From: Bugula neritina
Taxonomy: Eukaryota > Animalia > Bryozoa
DNA: 64,000 nucleotides
Assembly: GCA_964035545.1 (NCBI GenBank)
Contig: OZ037767.1
Location: forward strand, 1,189,680-1,253,679
Reading direction: 5' to 3'
Shown piece by piece: positions 48,501 through 62,000 of this stretch (position 1 is the stretch's first letter; the number at the start of each line of letters is the position of its first letter). Below the pieces are notes generated by a model that was not told the DNA's origin, did no database searches, and saw only the letters and a program-made list of their open reading frames with translations. The position numbers were made by a program, and so were the translations under genes.

Positions 48501-51500
48501 TCGTGAGTCTCACTCGGGGCTTATTAGCCTTGGATCAATAATTGTGCAGTTTTGTTTTAAGGGTTTAAATTTAAATTTACTTTTTGACCTCATATTAAAT
48601 ATTCCCATATTTGAAAGTTTGAAAGTACTAGCTTTTTTAAATATTTATATAATATTTTTCACTAATACTGTATTGACAGTTGGAGTTCTCTCAATTTTAT
48701 TTGTTGAGCTTTGTTTCATTTTTTAAAATATTTTATTGACTATGAAACTTCTACTATTAAATGATACGCACAATATTTTACTGTATATGCTAGCTAAAAG
48801 AAGCAACAGCAAAATGCTAATATCTCGAAGTGTTATTTGGATCATATGTTACAGCTAATCTGATGTCTATGCATACCGTAGCCATAGTTCATCATAACAA
48901 ACTAGCTAACCGGCTGGGTCTGATCAACTCCCACTGGAGTGATGAGCGGATTTTTCAGGTCTATGATTTCAAAAATTATAACAAATAATTAATTGATCTT
49001 ATATAATTATGTGTTGAAATTATCGAACTTTATAATTGAATCGTGAATGATATTTGCATATTGATGCTTATACTTTTATCACATTCATAGGAGACTCGAA
49101 GAATTGTGTCAGCTGTAGAAGCCAACATCCATTACTACGAATATCTGCCACTCATCATTGGTGATGACATAATCAGAAAATATAAGCTAGATTCTTATGC
49201 TGGCTTTAGACCAGACGTCAACCCTTCAGTCCTGTAAATGTTCATGTTGCTTTCAAGATGGCTAAAATAATGTTTATAATAAATTTGACTGCATTATGGT
49301 CAATACATATATATACTGGATATATATAGTATATATGCTAGAATGTTGTTGTTTCTACATAATAGCAGTGAAATGGCTCATGGAGCAATGAGATTTGGCC
49401 ACTCCACAGTTGGAGGCGTGTTTGGGTTAGTAAAGGATTCTGACGCAGATACGTTTGCATTCCTTCAGCTCCATTTCTTCAACACAAGTCTCTTGTATAA
49501 TGGGGGTGAGTATAAACCCCTCCCTCTTTCAGTATAAACTTCTCCCTCTTTCAGTATAAACTCCTCCCTCTTTCAGTATAAACTCCTCCCTCTTTCAGTA
49601 TAAACCCCTCCCTCTTTCAGTATAAACTCCTCCCTCTTTCAGTATACACCCTTCCCTCTTTCAGTATACACCCTCCCTCTTTCAGTATACACCCTCCCTC
49701 TTTCAGTATAAACCCCTCCCTCTTTCAGTATAAACTCCTCCCTCTTTCAGTATAAACCTCTCCCTCTTTCAGTATACACCCCTCCCTCTTTCAGTATAGC
49801 TTTTTTCAATACATATATACATAAAATAGTGTACAGTATAGCTTTTTTCTTCTAGCATAATAAGCTTTAAATTTTGAGAAGACAAGCTTTTTTGCTTTGT
49901 ACTGTTTTAGTAGTTATCATTATCTTCAAAGTGCATAATAGGGAGAAAATTGTATTTTGTGTTAATTATCTTCTTTTCCAGGATATTGAATATGAAGCAA
50001 CAGTAAATTTTTTAAAGTGTATAAACATATTACGTAGAAAAAGTTTATGTGTTACCAGTTGTCTTTCCTTTCAGGGTATAGCCAGTGCATCAGAGGGCTA
50101 CTTGGAGATAGACCTTGGGTTATAGATCATAATTTCCCAGATGCGGTAAGTTCTACATGCTTAGATGGCATATTACAGTATAGTTTAGTAATAATATTAC
50201 ATTGTATTGGTAAGATATTTTTGAGCATAGTGAATGGTGGCTGATTAAATTTTGAAAACGGTTTTATTGTTTCCAATATAATTATCAATATTGATCATGT
50301 CAAGCCGCAAATCTTTAAGAAAAAATCACATGTTTAGTAATAATGTGAGAAGTTGGAACCTTCAACTTGTCATTTTATGAGACCAAACCTTGAGCTCTAA
50401 CCCATGAATCTAAATGACAAATGCTTTTACCTATTGGCTGTTCATTTTTTAAACTTCATCCGAGTGAGTCATTTCTTGTAGATTAGAAACTTCCTGTTTG
50501 ACTCTAAGAGAGATCTTATAGCACTAAATATAAATAGAGGGAGAGATCACGGCTTACAGTCTTATACAAGCTACAGGTGAACTTGAGATATGCTAATTGA
50601 TTGATATTTCTAATTATTAGCACTGAATAACCAGCAACTAACAATGAACAACCAGCAACTGGCAACTAACAATGAACAACCAGCAACTGGCAACTAACAA
50701 TGAACAACCAGCAACTGGCAACTAACAATGGATAACCAGCAACTGGCAACGAACAACGAACAACCAGCAACTGGCAACTAACAACTCGTATAATTAGCAA
50801 CAATTTTTTAATTTTAAACTCAATTTGCATTAAGCAAGGCAAGAGCATATTTATTGCCCTTCCTGATGCAACTGAGACACTGTTCTACTTGACTGTCCTT
50901 TTATTTAAGTGTTCTTTCACACAGTATGATGCAGTTTGGTGATCTAGAAAGATGTAATTTTTAGATAAAATTAGCTACAAGTTATATATATCTTATAGAA
51001 TGGAAATTCTCAACTCCAGATGATAAGCTAAACTGTACCATTAAGGTATACTTATCATCTTCAACACTGTGGATATGCTGTATCAAATTAAACAATATTC
51101 ATTTATTTTATTTTTCTGTTACAGGAAGTTTTACAACTTGAGTGTGCCAACATCATTTGATAATCTCTCGGCCACTCACAGTAAAGATGTCATTGAAGCT
51201 TTACGTAGGGTCTACACGTCAGTTGACGATATAGAACTGTATCCTGCAGGTAAAGTTCATACATTACGCAATCTAGCTGTTGATTTCCTATAATGCGCAT
51301 TTACCTACCACCTACCACTTTTCACCTTAAATGGTACTATTAATACCAATAACTTTTAATTATAAACAATTGTATAAATGAGTTTAGTATGAGTCAATCT
51401 CCAAAAACCTATCAGTAGAACTGACTGACTTTTGAATGAAATTCAAATACTCACTATTTATATGTTTTTGATATATAAAATATATATTTATATGTTTTTG

Positions 51501-53838
51501 TATGAAAATATCTGTCACAAATTCTACATTATACTTTGCAGAGTATTATTAATTTATTTTTCCCTAGCATATTTCCTGTGGATGCCGTCTATTTCTTCAT
51601 TTGAAAACACATTGTCAAATATTTATAGCCAAGTAGAAGTCCATTTACTAAATTGAATTAAATCAATCAATATTTAGATTGCATGTACACAGAGTCAAAA
51701 CCAAATATATCAGCTTGCTAAAATTTCGATTTTGAAGAAAAAATGCGCTATGAAAATGTTTCTCCAAATGCTGCTTTCACCACTAATTTAGGAGTGACTG
51801 AAAATCACGTTCCTGGAGGACTGACTGGAGAACTCTTTGCTAACATTATGGGAGATGGTTTTTCCAGACTACTTCAAGGAGATAGGCTCTGGTTTGAAGG
51901 ACAACAAAGTGGTTTAACTCCTGGTAACTAAAAGTTTGTCAATATAGTTTAAATGATTGTTCATTGCAAGTTATTTAACTGAATTTCTGTATAGGTCTGT
52001 ATACATAATTTGTCCTCCAGAATAAACAATTTTGATCACTTCTACTAAAAGCAATTTTTTCATGCCGTTAATTATTTAATGGTTTCTATTGTGAACTGTG
52101 GTTTAGCTTTTTATATTTTCATTGGTCTTGCTTGTTTGGTTGTATGTTTCTGCGGTTTTACTTTGTTCCTTGTTGCAACTTGAAAAATTGTAGCAATTTG
52201 CAGCTTTTTATAGTGTGAAAAGGCAGTAATATTATTTTTAGCACAAATAGCGGAAATTAAGAAATACAGACTTCACAACTTGCTGTGTCATGGTGCAGAT
52301 CTGGATACCGTCAATGACCATGCCTTCTTTAGGGCAGGACAGAGGTGAATATAAATTAACCTCATTTTAGTAGTTGCTAAGGTACGTATATAGTTTCTTG
52401 CATTAAACTGATTAAATATTAACAAATACAGCTGTATTTTATCACGCTCGCACACCCAAATTTACTAAAAAAGTTAGAATAAAACATAGAAAATCAAGCA
52501 AAATTAGAAAAAAAACCTTGGTTATTCAGCTGTATTTGTTAATATTTTATCAGTTTAATGCAAAAAACTAGATACATTAGTGTGTACTACATTAAGTAAA
52601 ATGACCCATTGTGTATAGTACGAGTACACGGTCTAATATCCTGTGCAATTCTCATAGCTGTGTGAGACACTTCTGCAAAACAAATTTTAGTTTTATGATA
52701 ATGCAGGGAAATTTATATTCGTGCAAGTCATCTTTTATATGCAGGTGTGAAGGTAATTTACACCTGTCTATGTTAAGTTTCATTGTGACACCATAATTAA
52801 AAGGAATGCTTCTTAAACTTTGTCAGCCTTGTTTTCTAGTCTTCGTTTTGATTTAATATAACTTATTATTATAGTTTATAAATCAAATGATCAAAAACTA
52901 ACATGTATTTGTGAACCTGTATAATAGAGATGCTATGATTGGTTGTTGCTCAGTCAATTAAATGTTGGCTAACATATGATGAGTTAAAATTTAAGTGCTG
53001 AGTTAGTAGGTGTATTTTAATTAGCTGTAAATGCACTGAATTTCCTGTTTAGACCTGGAGACTCAGAGATCTCGTGCTCTAGTGTAGAGCAGTTGAATCT
53101 CACCCTCTGGAGAGACGCACCTCCTCTGACAGAACCAGAATGCCACTGGCAGGAAGTTAGCAGGTCTCCGTGTTGCTTTGGTTAGTCAACAAAGTTTTGA
53201 AGATTTTTCGACACAATGTAGAGCCATTCTTTATCTTATTCAGTTGTTTTATTGCAATTAACGCTGTTCTTTAGCTGCAAACATAAAATTTTTAGCTAAA
53301 CTGATGCGTTTTCATCATGAGAGTGGTCAACAACATAGGCATAGAAATCACTCTCATCGCCAAAGCACTGTATTAATATTATGAAATAACAATTATTTGG
53401 AAAGCGTGAAATATTCTCTAAGATAGTATTGCAAATGACAGGCATGGCTTGATAGATATATAGTATTTACGTCACAAAATATTAATTGTAAAACATTACA
53501 GTATGTGGGCTAATTGTAACCACATGTGTATTTAAACAATATAATAAGAATATAATGTAATAATATAATAATAACATAATAAAAATATAATATAATAATA
53601 TAATAATAACATATTAAGAATATAATAAGAATATAATAATAGTATAATTAATGTATAATAATAGTATAATGAATGTACAGGGTCTCGGACTGTGTACAGA
53701 GAGTGCGTTGGAGATGATGGCTGCATGTGCCCTGGCAATGAGGAGGAGGAAATACTGTGTACATGTGTTGGCACGGAATGTTCCGGTAGTCTGCTTGCCT
53801 TCTGCTCAGAAAAGTGGTTGTCTGCCCTTCACTTGTAA
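42568..53838 (+). CDS. Secreted animal heme peroxidase paralog D (divergent, about 21 coding exons)
   Basis: Approximate exons 42568-42593, 42995-43049, 43842-43855, 44151-44206, 44389-44445, 44866-45013, 45685-45740, 46686-46868, 47173-47352, 47717-47934, 48272-48502, 48856-48958, 49091-49233, 49366-49505, 50075-50145, 50482-50576, 51125-51249, 51792-51923, 52242-52344, 53053-53180, 53681-53838. Motifs FREPTGRCTN, WGQYISHEF, THVFDGSVVYGS, GDTRINTTP, GAMRFGHS, NINRGRDHG, GDRLWFE. Catalytic-domain intron positions match B/C. Extreme C-terminus uncertain (possible donor near 53786). Confidence 0.9.
43090..43728. repeat. 19-bp minisatellite (catgtactgcaggtgatgt), about 33 units
   Basis: Directly visible in intron 2 of D. 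Confidence 0.97.
44700..44865. repeat. AT-rich 34-44-bp tandem repeat ending at a splice acceptor
   Basis: tatattgtaaagtaatataatatacggtgtat, about 4 units. Confidence 0.8.
46038..46640. repeat. (tactctgtatactc)-type minisatellite
   Basis: Directly visible; explains the three overlapping YSVYSTL/LCIL ORFs. Confidence 0.97.
46945..47150. repeat. 24-bp minisatellite (gcagctctatacgtaggtattggt), about 8 units
   Basis: Fills most of the intron between two peroxidase D exons. Confidence 0.95.
49509..49798. repeat. ~22-bp minisatellite (agtataaacccctccctctttc), about 13 units, starting at a splice donor
   Basis: Directly visible, immediately after G|gtg at 49506. Confidence 0.96.
50630..50785. repeat. 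28-bp higher-order heptamer repeat (caaccagcaactggcaactaacaatgaa)
   Basis: About 5.5 units. Confidence 0.92.
52391..52570. mobile_element. Small MITE-like foldback element with ~44-bp TIRs
   Basis: tagtttcttgcattaaactgattaaatattaacaaatacagctg (52391-52434) vs cagctgtatttgttaatattttatcagtttaatgcaaaaaacta (52527-52570). Confidence 0.8.
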
Positions 53839-54867
53839 TACAAGTCGTCTTATCTCTGAATGCTCTATGGCTTGTGATGTGTTCAGTCTCTCAGCTTCTT
53901 TAGATAGTCTAAGTTCTAGGTTGAGCTATAGGTTAGGTTTCACTTTAAAGGGTTAGTTGTAGTTTAGAGTTAGTGTGCTAGCATAGCATGTGATCTTACA
54001 ATCCCCTAATATAATTGTAACAGCAATGCTAAGTGTTGGTTGGTTTGATATTAAGAAATTACATTTTATCTGCTAGTAAATATTTGTGTCATGACTTGCA
54101 AATAATATATGTATAACTATAATTGTTTTATACTATAGATGCTTTAGTTTTACTTTCTTTAACTTTAAAATAATAATAATATATCAAATTTACAGAATTT
54201 GTCTTTTAATTCTAAAATTACATACACTGGTTGCAAAGTTGACTACTGTCCAGTTGGAATGATTTTTAATTTAAATATTTTAATCAAGTTTTAGGCTGCA
54301 TCTTAAAAGTTTCTCTCTACGCTTTGTAAAGCATTTGATAATAATAAATCTAAACGTCAATATCTGCTACATCTGTGTAAAACAGTCCCTCACAATAGTA
54401 ATAGTTAGTTTTTCCATTATTGTGAAGTTTTTTGCATGCAGCATCATCCTGTTGAGCCCTTTTCTGAGAGTGCTTGCCTAAGATTCCATACTTAGGATTT
54501 GTCCTCTCATAGTGCTGCATATTTAAGGGATCAGTGATGTTCACTCACATTGTTCTATCTACAGTTACATTACGATTACATCACTGCGCACACACAGCAC
54601 GTATAAAGTACAAATTGGGTTGGAGATCAGGAAATAGATTAAGTACAAATAGTTGGTGTTTATAAGCTGCATGCCTATTTGTTGGCTCTGGGCAGTAAAT
54701 TCATTAATTGGTAGGTGGCATTCAGTCAATATGATATTCTAGAATATTGTTGTTGTTCGTAAAAACAGTAGTCAATACAGCCTCTTATTTACTATTTATT
54801 ATTTACTATTTAACTCTAGGCTTATAGTGAAAGAATAGCTGAGTGCACAGTATTTGTCATGCAAATA

Positions 54868-55081
54868 AGCTTCATTCAGGCACGTATACTATGCACAACT
54901 ACAAAAAAAGCAGCTACCACAGCAACACGTAGTGTAGCGTGCTGACATGCTAGGATGTACATACAGAGTTCTCACCAGGCTGGGCTGAAGCAGCTCTACA
55001 TTATATCCAGAAGCACCCAAACACTATTTTCCAACCGGTGGTGGAGGAGCTGGAAGTTAACAAAATTACATGGCATTCAAG
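54868..55081 (+). pseudogene. Isolated decayed exon resembling polypeptide GalNAc-transferase (GT27, DxH region)
   Basis: SFIQARIL..(frameshift)..VLTC*DVHTEFSPGWAEAALHYIQKHPNTIFQPVVEEL, then donor AG|gtaatc. Resembles the GALNT consensus GLIRARL..VLTFLDAHCE..GWLEPLL..I..VVCPIIDVI. Confidence 0.5.
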
Positions 55082-55454
55082 GTAATCAAATACTAGAGCT
55101 CTTTCTCTTGGCATATTAAATGCTACAAGTCTTTCCATTGGTTCATCAAACTCTAAAGCTCTTTCTATTAGTATAAGGTTTTTCAAACTTATTAGTTTAT
55201 AGACACCACATAATATTATAGCTTAGTACAACTTAGTACAGTGCAACTACGCTTTAATCACCTTTACACACATTGAATTGCTTGCTGTCTAGTAACTGTT
55301 GAAGTATAAACAATAAACGTGATGCAATTCATTATAATACACTTGAGCAGTGTATTGTAGTTCTATACTATTTACTATCTTTTAAGGTTTAAGGCTATCA
55401 GGTAGCTGGCTATCTCCTGCTATCACGTGCCATCATCTGCTGTTACCTGCCATC

Positions 55455-55617
55455 ACCTGGTAGCATCTGTAGGTAAAGTAGTAAAAGCGCTGACAGATCA
55501 TGGTATGTGTGACAGCACAATTTATGTCATCCTTACAACGGACAATGGGGGTCAGGCCAGTGATAGATCACGCAAATTCCCCTTCAAAGAAAATAAAAAT
55601 GCTTCATTTAAATCAGG
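55455..55617 (+). pseudogene. Isolated decayed exon resembling arylsulfatase B/I/J
   Basis: SVGKVVKALTDHGMCDSTIYVILTTDNGGQASDRSRKFPFKENKNASFKSG|gtaatt resembles [44 protein letters not shown]. No other sulfatase exons seen. Confidence 0.7.
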
Positions 55618-56045
55618 TAATTCTTATTTTGTCAATCAATAGCTAAATTTGATGGCAACAGTTATGGTGGAAATATTATAGAAAATATTTCATTATTGTG
55701 ACATACTTACATCATCAGTTTTATTGTAAAATATTTTAATCAAACGTGAGATTTTGTCTTGGTATAATGTTGTATATATTCTCTTAATATTGTTGCATAA
55801 TATAGGTCTAGTCACCGTCGTACATGTACCCTTTATAATGTGCATGTGTCTGATATAGTGTATGTTACTATGGGGATATGCAGCTTTGGCAGAGCAAACT
55901 GAAAGCCAGCTTTGATTGGTCTACTACTATAAAGTCACTCTCACTGATTGGGTGAGTGTGAGTGGGCGTGTTATCACCTACAGTATGCTGTTACAATATA
56001 TATTAACTTGTGCATTTTCAGTTACGACTGCACACACTCTTCAAG

Positions 56046-59000
56046 ATGGCTAACGAGACCTGTGGGTTCTCCTCAAAGACAAGGGCAGCTCTATACCTCC
56101 TTGTGGTCCTAATTGTGGTGGCCATTATTCTTGCCTGCGCAGCAATCATTGTGTCAACAGTACATAAGGCCCCCAACAAACAAGGTAAGTGAATAAGACA
56201 CTTGGACTAGCTGTTAACACAAACATTATTTGATTATTTTATGATCAATATAGATATACCTAAATAATCAACAAGAACAGGAAAAATAATCCATTGCGTG
56301 CAAAAAAATAATTTTATTTTATTCAGCAGCATTTTATATGGCAGTATCCGTTATAAACCAATGAAGTAAGTATATCTGCTGAATCTAGGCAAAGGTTTAC
56401 TCATGGGACTTTGTATAAAATACTACGCGCATTTTCGTTACCAATAAGTTTGCATTTTTGCATTTTTCTAAGAAAAAGCTAGATTTTCTCCAGGCTGCAT
56501 TGGTTTTGTTTAGTATTAACTACCTTTAGATGATCCAACTCCACTTTTCTATAGAAACATTTTTAGCTAGAGAGTATACTATTTACAATCAGTGTGACAA
56601 TGTAACGCTTACCAGTAAGTTAACTCAAGTGACATCGAGTGGTTAAATCTGACACAACTAAATTTACTAACTTTAAATAGTATAATTTGAACAATGTCAC
56701 ATAAAAATAGAAAGAGATGCGTGCACCAGTGAGTTGGTAGATACTTCAATGTCCTAGTTTCTGTCAGTTCTAAGTTGTGAGTATTAATAGTTATAAAAAC
56801 AAGGATTTGCATAACCATAATGCTAGTACACAGGTCTGTTGGTTTTGTGTTGCAATAGTATATTATTTGATTTCCCCAAACTCCAAGTTTCTGACTGCAA
56901 GTGTAAGGCAATCCCCAATAGAATAAAATAGAATTCTGTTTTGGCCTCTAAGCTCTAATTCACACACATAACTTTTTTTCAAACTAAGAGGTTGTTATAA
57001 GCATGTAATGATGTTTACACTGTTCTAGCTATTTAGAGTTTGGTTCTTTACTTATTCTTTACTGCTGTCTAAACTTGACAGTTTATATTATGTATGATCT
57101 ATTGGCTGCTGTATTTCTTGGAAACTCCATTATGTCTGGTCATTGATTAACTCATCTGACAGTCTGTAGGAATCTGACAAAGTAAACATATGTCAACCAA
57201 ATGGGGGTTTGGAACTATATAATGAACCTATAATAGGATGTGAAAAATCTAGGCTACAGAAAAGCTGACTGCCATAAATTTTCAATAAAGGGTAATTTAA
57301 AAACAACTTGTAGACAGAATGCTTGCTTTTTGATGACTTTTTTATGATAATAAAACAGCATTTGCAAAAAAAAACAATAAAATAAAGATTAAATAACCAT
57401 AAATTATAATGAAACATTTGGCAATCATTCATTATAGTGACAAGACTATAATATTAGTTTGAGTGTGTATTGCAGTTACAACTATACATTATATTTATTA
57501 ATGTATTATATTTTATCACTGAATCAAACAACATTGTTTTATAAGTATAAGTGACTGTTTCCACATCTAAACACTCTGCTAGTATTATTGCTGATATTTA
57601 CAAAAGAGAGTGATATTTCTGGAGCAGACGTACGAACTGATGAAGTAATATGGCCGTCAGTTCCAGATGATTCTGAAAATGTATACAGATTTGCCAGCGT
57701 TGCTTGTGCTGAGAAGAATTGTTCAACTATTGGAGTGTGAGATGTGTTACTAATACTAATAGTGTTTGTACCTGCTCTTGTAAAGGATATATTTTGTAAA
57801 TAGACTATTAGCTGTATAAGTATTATAGTAGAAGTATATATACTATTAGCTGTATAAGTATTATAGTAGAAGTAAATAGACTATTAGCTGTATAAGTATT
57901 ATAGTAGAAGTAAATAGACTATTAGCTGTATAAGTATTATAGTAGAAGTATATATACTATTAGCTGTATAAGTATTATAGTAGAAGTATATATACTATTA
58001 GCTATATAAGTATTATAGTAGAAGTATAATATAGACTATTAGCTGTATAAGTATTATAGTAGAAGTAAATAGACTATTAGCTGTATAAGTATTATAGTAG
58101 AAGTATATATACTATTAGCTATATAAGTATTATAGTAGAAGTATAATATAGACTATTAGCTGTATAAGTATTATAGTAGAAGTAAATAGACTATTAGCTG
58201 TATAAGTATTATAGTAGAAGTATATAGACTATTAGCTGTATAAGTATTATAGTAGAAGTATATATACTATTAGCTATATAAGTATTATAGTAGAAGTATA
58301 TTACTGTGTTTCCATATTACTATATTAGGTACTATGTTATTATATAAATATATGTTACTATATACTATATATTACTATATGCTATATCAATATATTACTC
58401 TATTACTACACTATAACACCATAGCTCTATGTATAACACATTTACAGGCAGATGCTAGCCGAAGAGGGTTCTGGGATAGATGCAATGATAGCAGTCTCAT
58501 TGTGTCTAGGTGTGACCAGAACTCTATCTAGTGGTGTAGGTGGAGGTGGTTTCACTACGTACTATAACAGGTACTTGTTATGTAACACTGACTTACAAAA
58601 AATGATACTTGAGTATAAGTTTATAATATGAGTAAATTACTTTTCAAGGTTTAATAAGCAAGCTGAAGATATCCATCATATACAGTTACTCAGTGTGACT
58701 GCAAAAGACTGCTTGTAAACTGAGAAGTTAATTCAGAGAGTTTTGATTGCAATATACCTATGGTAGCATTTAGCAATGTCTTATGTATTGAATGTTTAAC
58801 TCAAATGTTTACCATGAACTTTCAACTATCATGACTGCAACTGTAAACATTTTAAAACCCTGTAGTTGCAACATTGCTATGTAGGGAGACGATGAAGCCG
58901 TATGTTCTAGACTACAGGGATACTGCTCCAGCCGTAGCCAACAGTACCATGTACATAAATAACTCTCAGATTAGTCCAAATATAGGTAATAGATACTTAT

Positions 59001-62000
59001 TCTTGGCAGAATAAGATGCTTAGCAATGGGGAGTGAGCTCTTACTCTTACCACTCGTAGGAATGAGGTAGTAGGAACTAAGTTTGTCAGAGAGCATCTAT
59101 TTTGTTGAATCATAAAGGCTCACTTGATTCTGCTCCGTTCTCAGGGGCTGGAAACTGTTCTATATGATGACATTCTGCTTTGTAGTTTAATAGTTTCTAG
59201 TATAATAGTGAACACAGAAAATAGCTCATCATATCATTCAATTCCACTCTTCAGTGTTGATTCAATGAAAACTTTGTTTCTAACTAGAGTTAGTTGCAGC
59301 TTTTTTCGATCATTAAAACATAAATATTTTGCTCATAAACTAAACAGACAATCATGACAGTTAGTGAAAATTTGATACGGAATATTATAGGGGGAGGTTC
59401 TATAGCCGTTCCTGGAGAAATAGCTGGTACCTGGGAGCTACACCAAAAGTTTGGTAAACTCAACTGGTCACGTCTGTTTGAGCCATCAATTGAGTTAGCA
59501 GAAAATGGAATCACTCTAAATGCATATGTGGCTGGTTACTTACTACGCCTCTTTGACTCCTTTGATGATCAACTTAAGTGAGTTAGATTTCTAAAACGTT
59601 GATTTGCTGTAATATTTAATGCCATTTGTTTGAAGAAACTGTCTTTACAGATGGAACATGTCTGTTGAAGCACCTTAAACTAAACTATTCAAAATAATAC
59701 AGAGCAATATTCACAGACCCAGAAACTGGAGAAGTAAAAAAGGAAGGAGATACGGTAGTATTTACCAAACTGGCTGAAACTTACAGACGTATAGCAGCAG
59801 AAGGACCAGAAACTTTCTACAACGGAAGTCTGAGAGACGATATTGTGGCTGATTTAGAAGAGCTAGGTGATATAAAATACATAACCTACTTGAAGTACAC
59901 ATGCACTTAGCTTCTATCTAACCATATACTAGAAATTAGACTATTTTCTTATCAACAGATGTGAGGTTTGAAACTGGAGGTTTTGTATGTATGTAGCTGG
60001 GACTACTTCTTGTCAGATGATTCAACATTATATTTTCCTACAGATGGGCAGACAATCTTTAAAGAAGACTTGGAAAATTACAAACCAGAAGTTAGAGAAC
60101 CTTTACAGAGCTCAGTAGAAAATGGAGGTTATAAACTTATATCTGTACCACCACCATCTGGAGGAGTGGTAGTTCAGTATATACTCAATATATTAGATGG
60201 TGAGTTCTACACAACAAGCTGATATACATTTTACTAATTAAGTATCAGGACTATTATATTGGGTGATGCTTTTATAGGATATGAATTTACTTCTTCGTCT
60301 GTTTCACCAAAACTGGAAGAAATTCCATCAACAGCCACGACCTACCATCAGATAATTGAGGCAGTAAAGTTTGCATACGCTTCCAGAATGAATCTTGGTG
60401 ATGGGTCATTTGTGGATGTGTCAGAGGTGAGTTAGTAGTTGATATGTGACAGGTGCGCTATTAGTTGACATGTGACAGTAGAGCTATCAGCTGACATGTG
60501 ACAGCTGGTGAGCTATTAGTTGACATGTGAGCTATTAGTTGACATGTGACAGTAGAGTTAGTAGTTGACATGTGACAGCTGGTGAGCTACTAGTTGACAG
60601 GTGCGCTATTAGTTGACATGTGACAGTAGAGTTAGTAGTTGACATGTGACAGCTGGTGAGCTACTAGTTGACATGTGTCAGAAGTGAGCTATTACCTGAC
60701 ATGTGACAGGTGAGTTATTAGCCGACATGCAACAGTTGATGAGCCATTAGTTGACATGTGTCAGAGGTGCGTTATTAGTTGACATGTGACAGGTGAGCTA
60801 TTAGTTGACATGTGACAGGTGAGTTATTATCCCTTTACATACGCATAATTGATGGTTGTAGTTATTAGTTGACATGTGACAGGTGAGTTTATATATTAAG
60901 CAGTTTGCTGATGTGGAAACTTTAAATTTAGTATTAATTGCTGCAGTAAGTTTCTATATTAAGATATACAAAGTTTGAAGAAATTAATAATTTCTATTTT
61001 TAGTTGGTAGCAAATATGACAAGCTCAGAGTTTAGTGAAGAAATCAGACAGAAGATTACAGACAGTAGAACTCATAATGTTGAATACTATGGAGTGACCA
61101 CTGATGCTAGGAGAACAACTGGGACCAGTCAAATATCCATACTGACAGGAAATGGAGATGCTGTATCCACTACTACAACCATCAATTATGCGTATGTTTA
61201 CTCTCGCATCACTTCTGGGTAACATCGCATATAGGTAAAAGAACTCTGACGCATGCATTACCAATTAAATGCTTTTTTTACTGCGAATGCCTTAAAATAG
61301 TCGAACTACTTTTTTCCTATGTCTTCAAACTTTTCTTACTAATTTCAACAATAATTAACATTATAGTGTTTAACTAAGCCCAATTAGCTGCCAATATATG
61401 TATTTTTCACACTGCAGGTGGGGTTCTAAAAGAATGGGGAAGAGAACTGGTATAATATTCAACAACCTCATGGATGACTTCTCCATGCCGGATAAACCGA
61501 GCTGGTCCAATGACTCATGGGTGGCTCCTTCCAACTCCGCCAACTGGATAGAACCAGGAAAGAGACCTCTGTCATCCATGAGCCCGACTGTGGTAGTTGA
61601 CCAAAATGGAGATGTTGTCATGGTAACAGGGGGGTCTGGAGGGTCAAAGATCATCACAGCAACTGCTTTGGTAATTCTCATACTTGTTCAATGTTTGAAT
61701 AAATTTGAGCTTTCTTATTCAGTTTGAAAATTGAATGCTTTAGCAAACTATACTGGTTAGATGATTATATTATATACATATAAGATTTTGTTAACTGTTT
61801 GATGACTTTAGACTCTGATAAACCGGCTCTGGTTTGGTATGAACCTAACAGAAGCTGTATCTAGACCCAGACTACACAGTCAGTTACTACCAGACAATGT
61901 CTTGTATGAGAACAGATTCCCAATGGTATGGTACAATCAAACTACTCTACAATCTATAAATAATATTATGTTATAAAATATTATATGGAAGAGTTAATCA

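Noticed and set aside
57815-58300. CRISPR-like appearance of the 26-38-bp arrays
   Set aside because: Head-to-tail units without unique spacers, no cas genes, eukaryotic introns.
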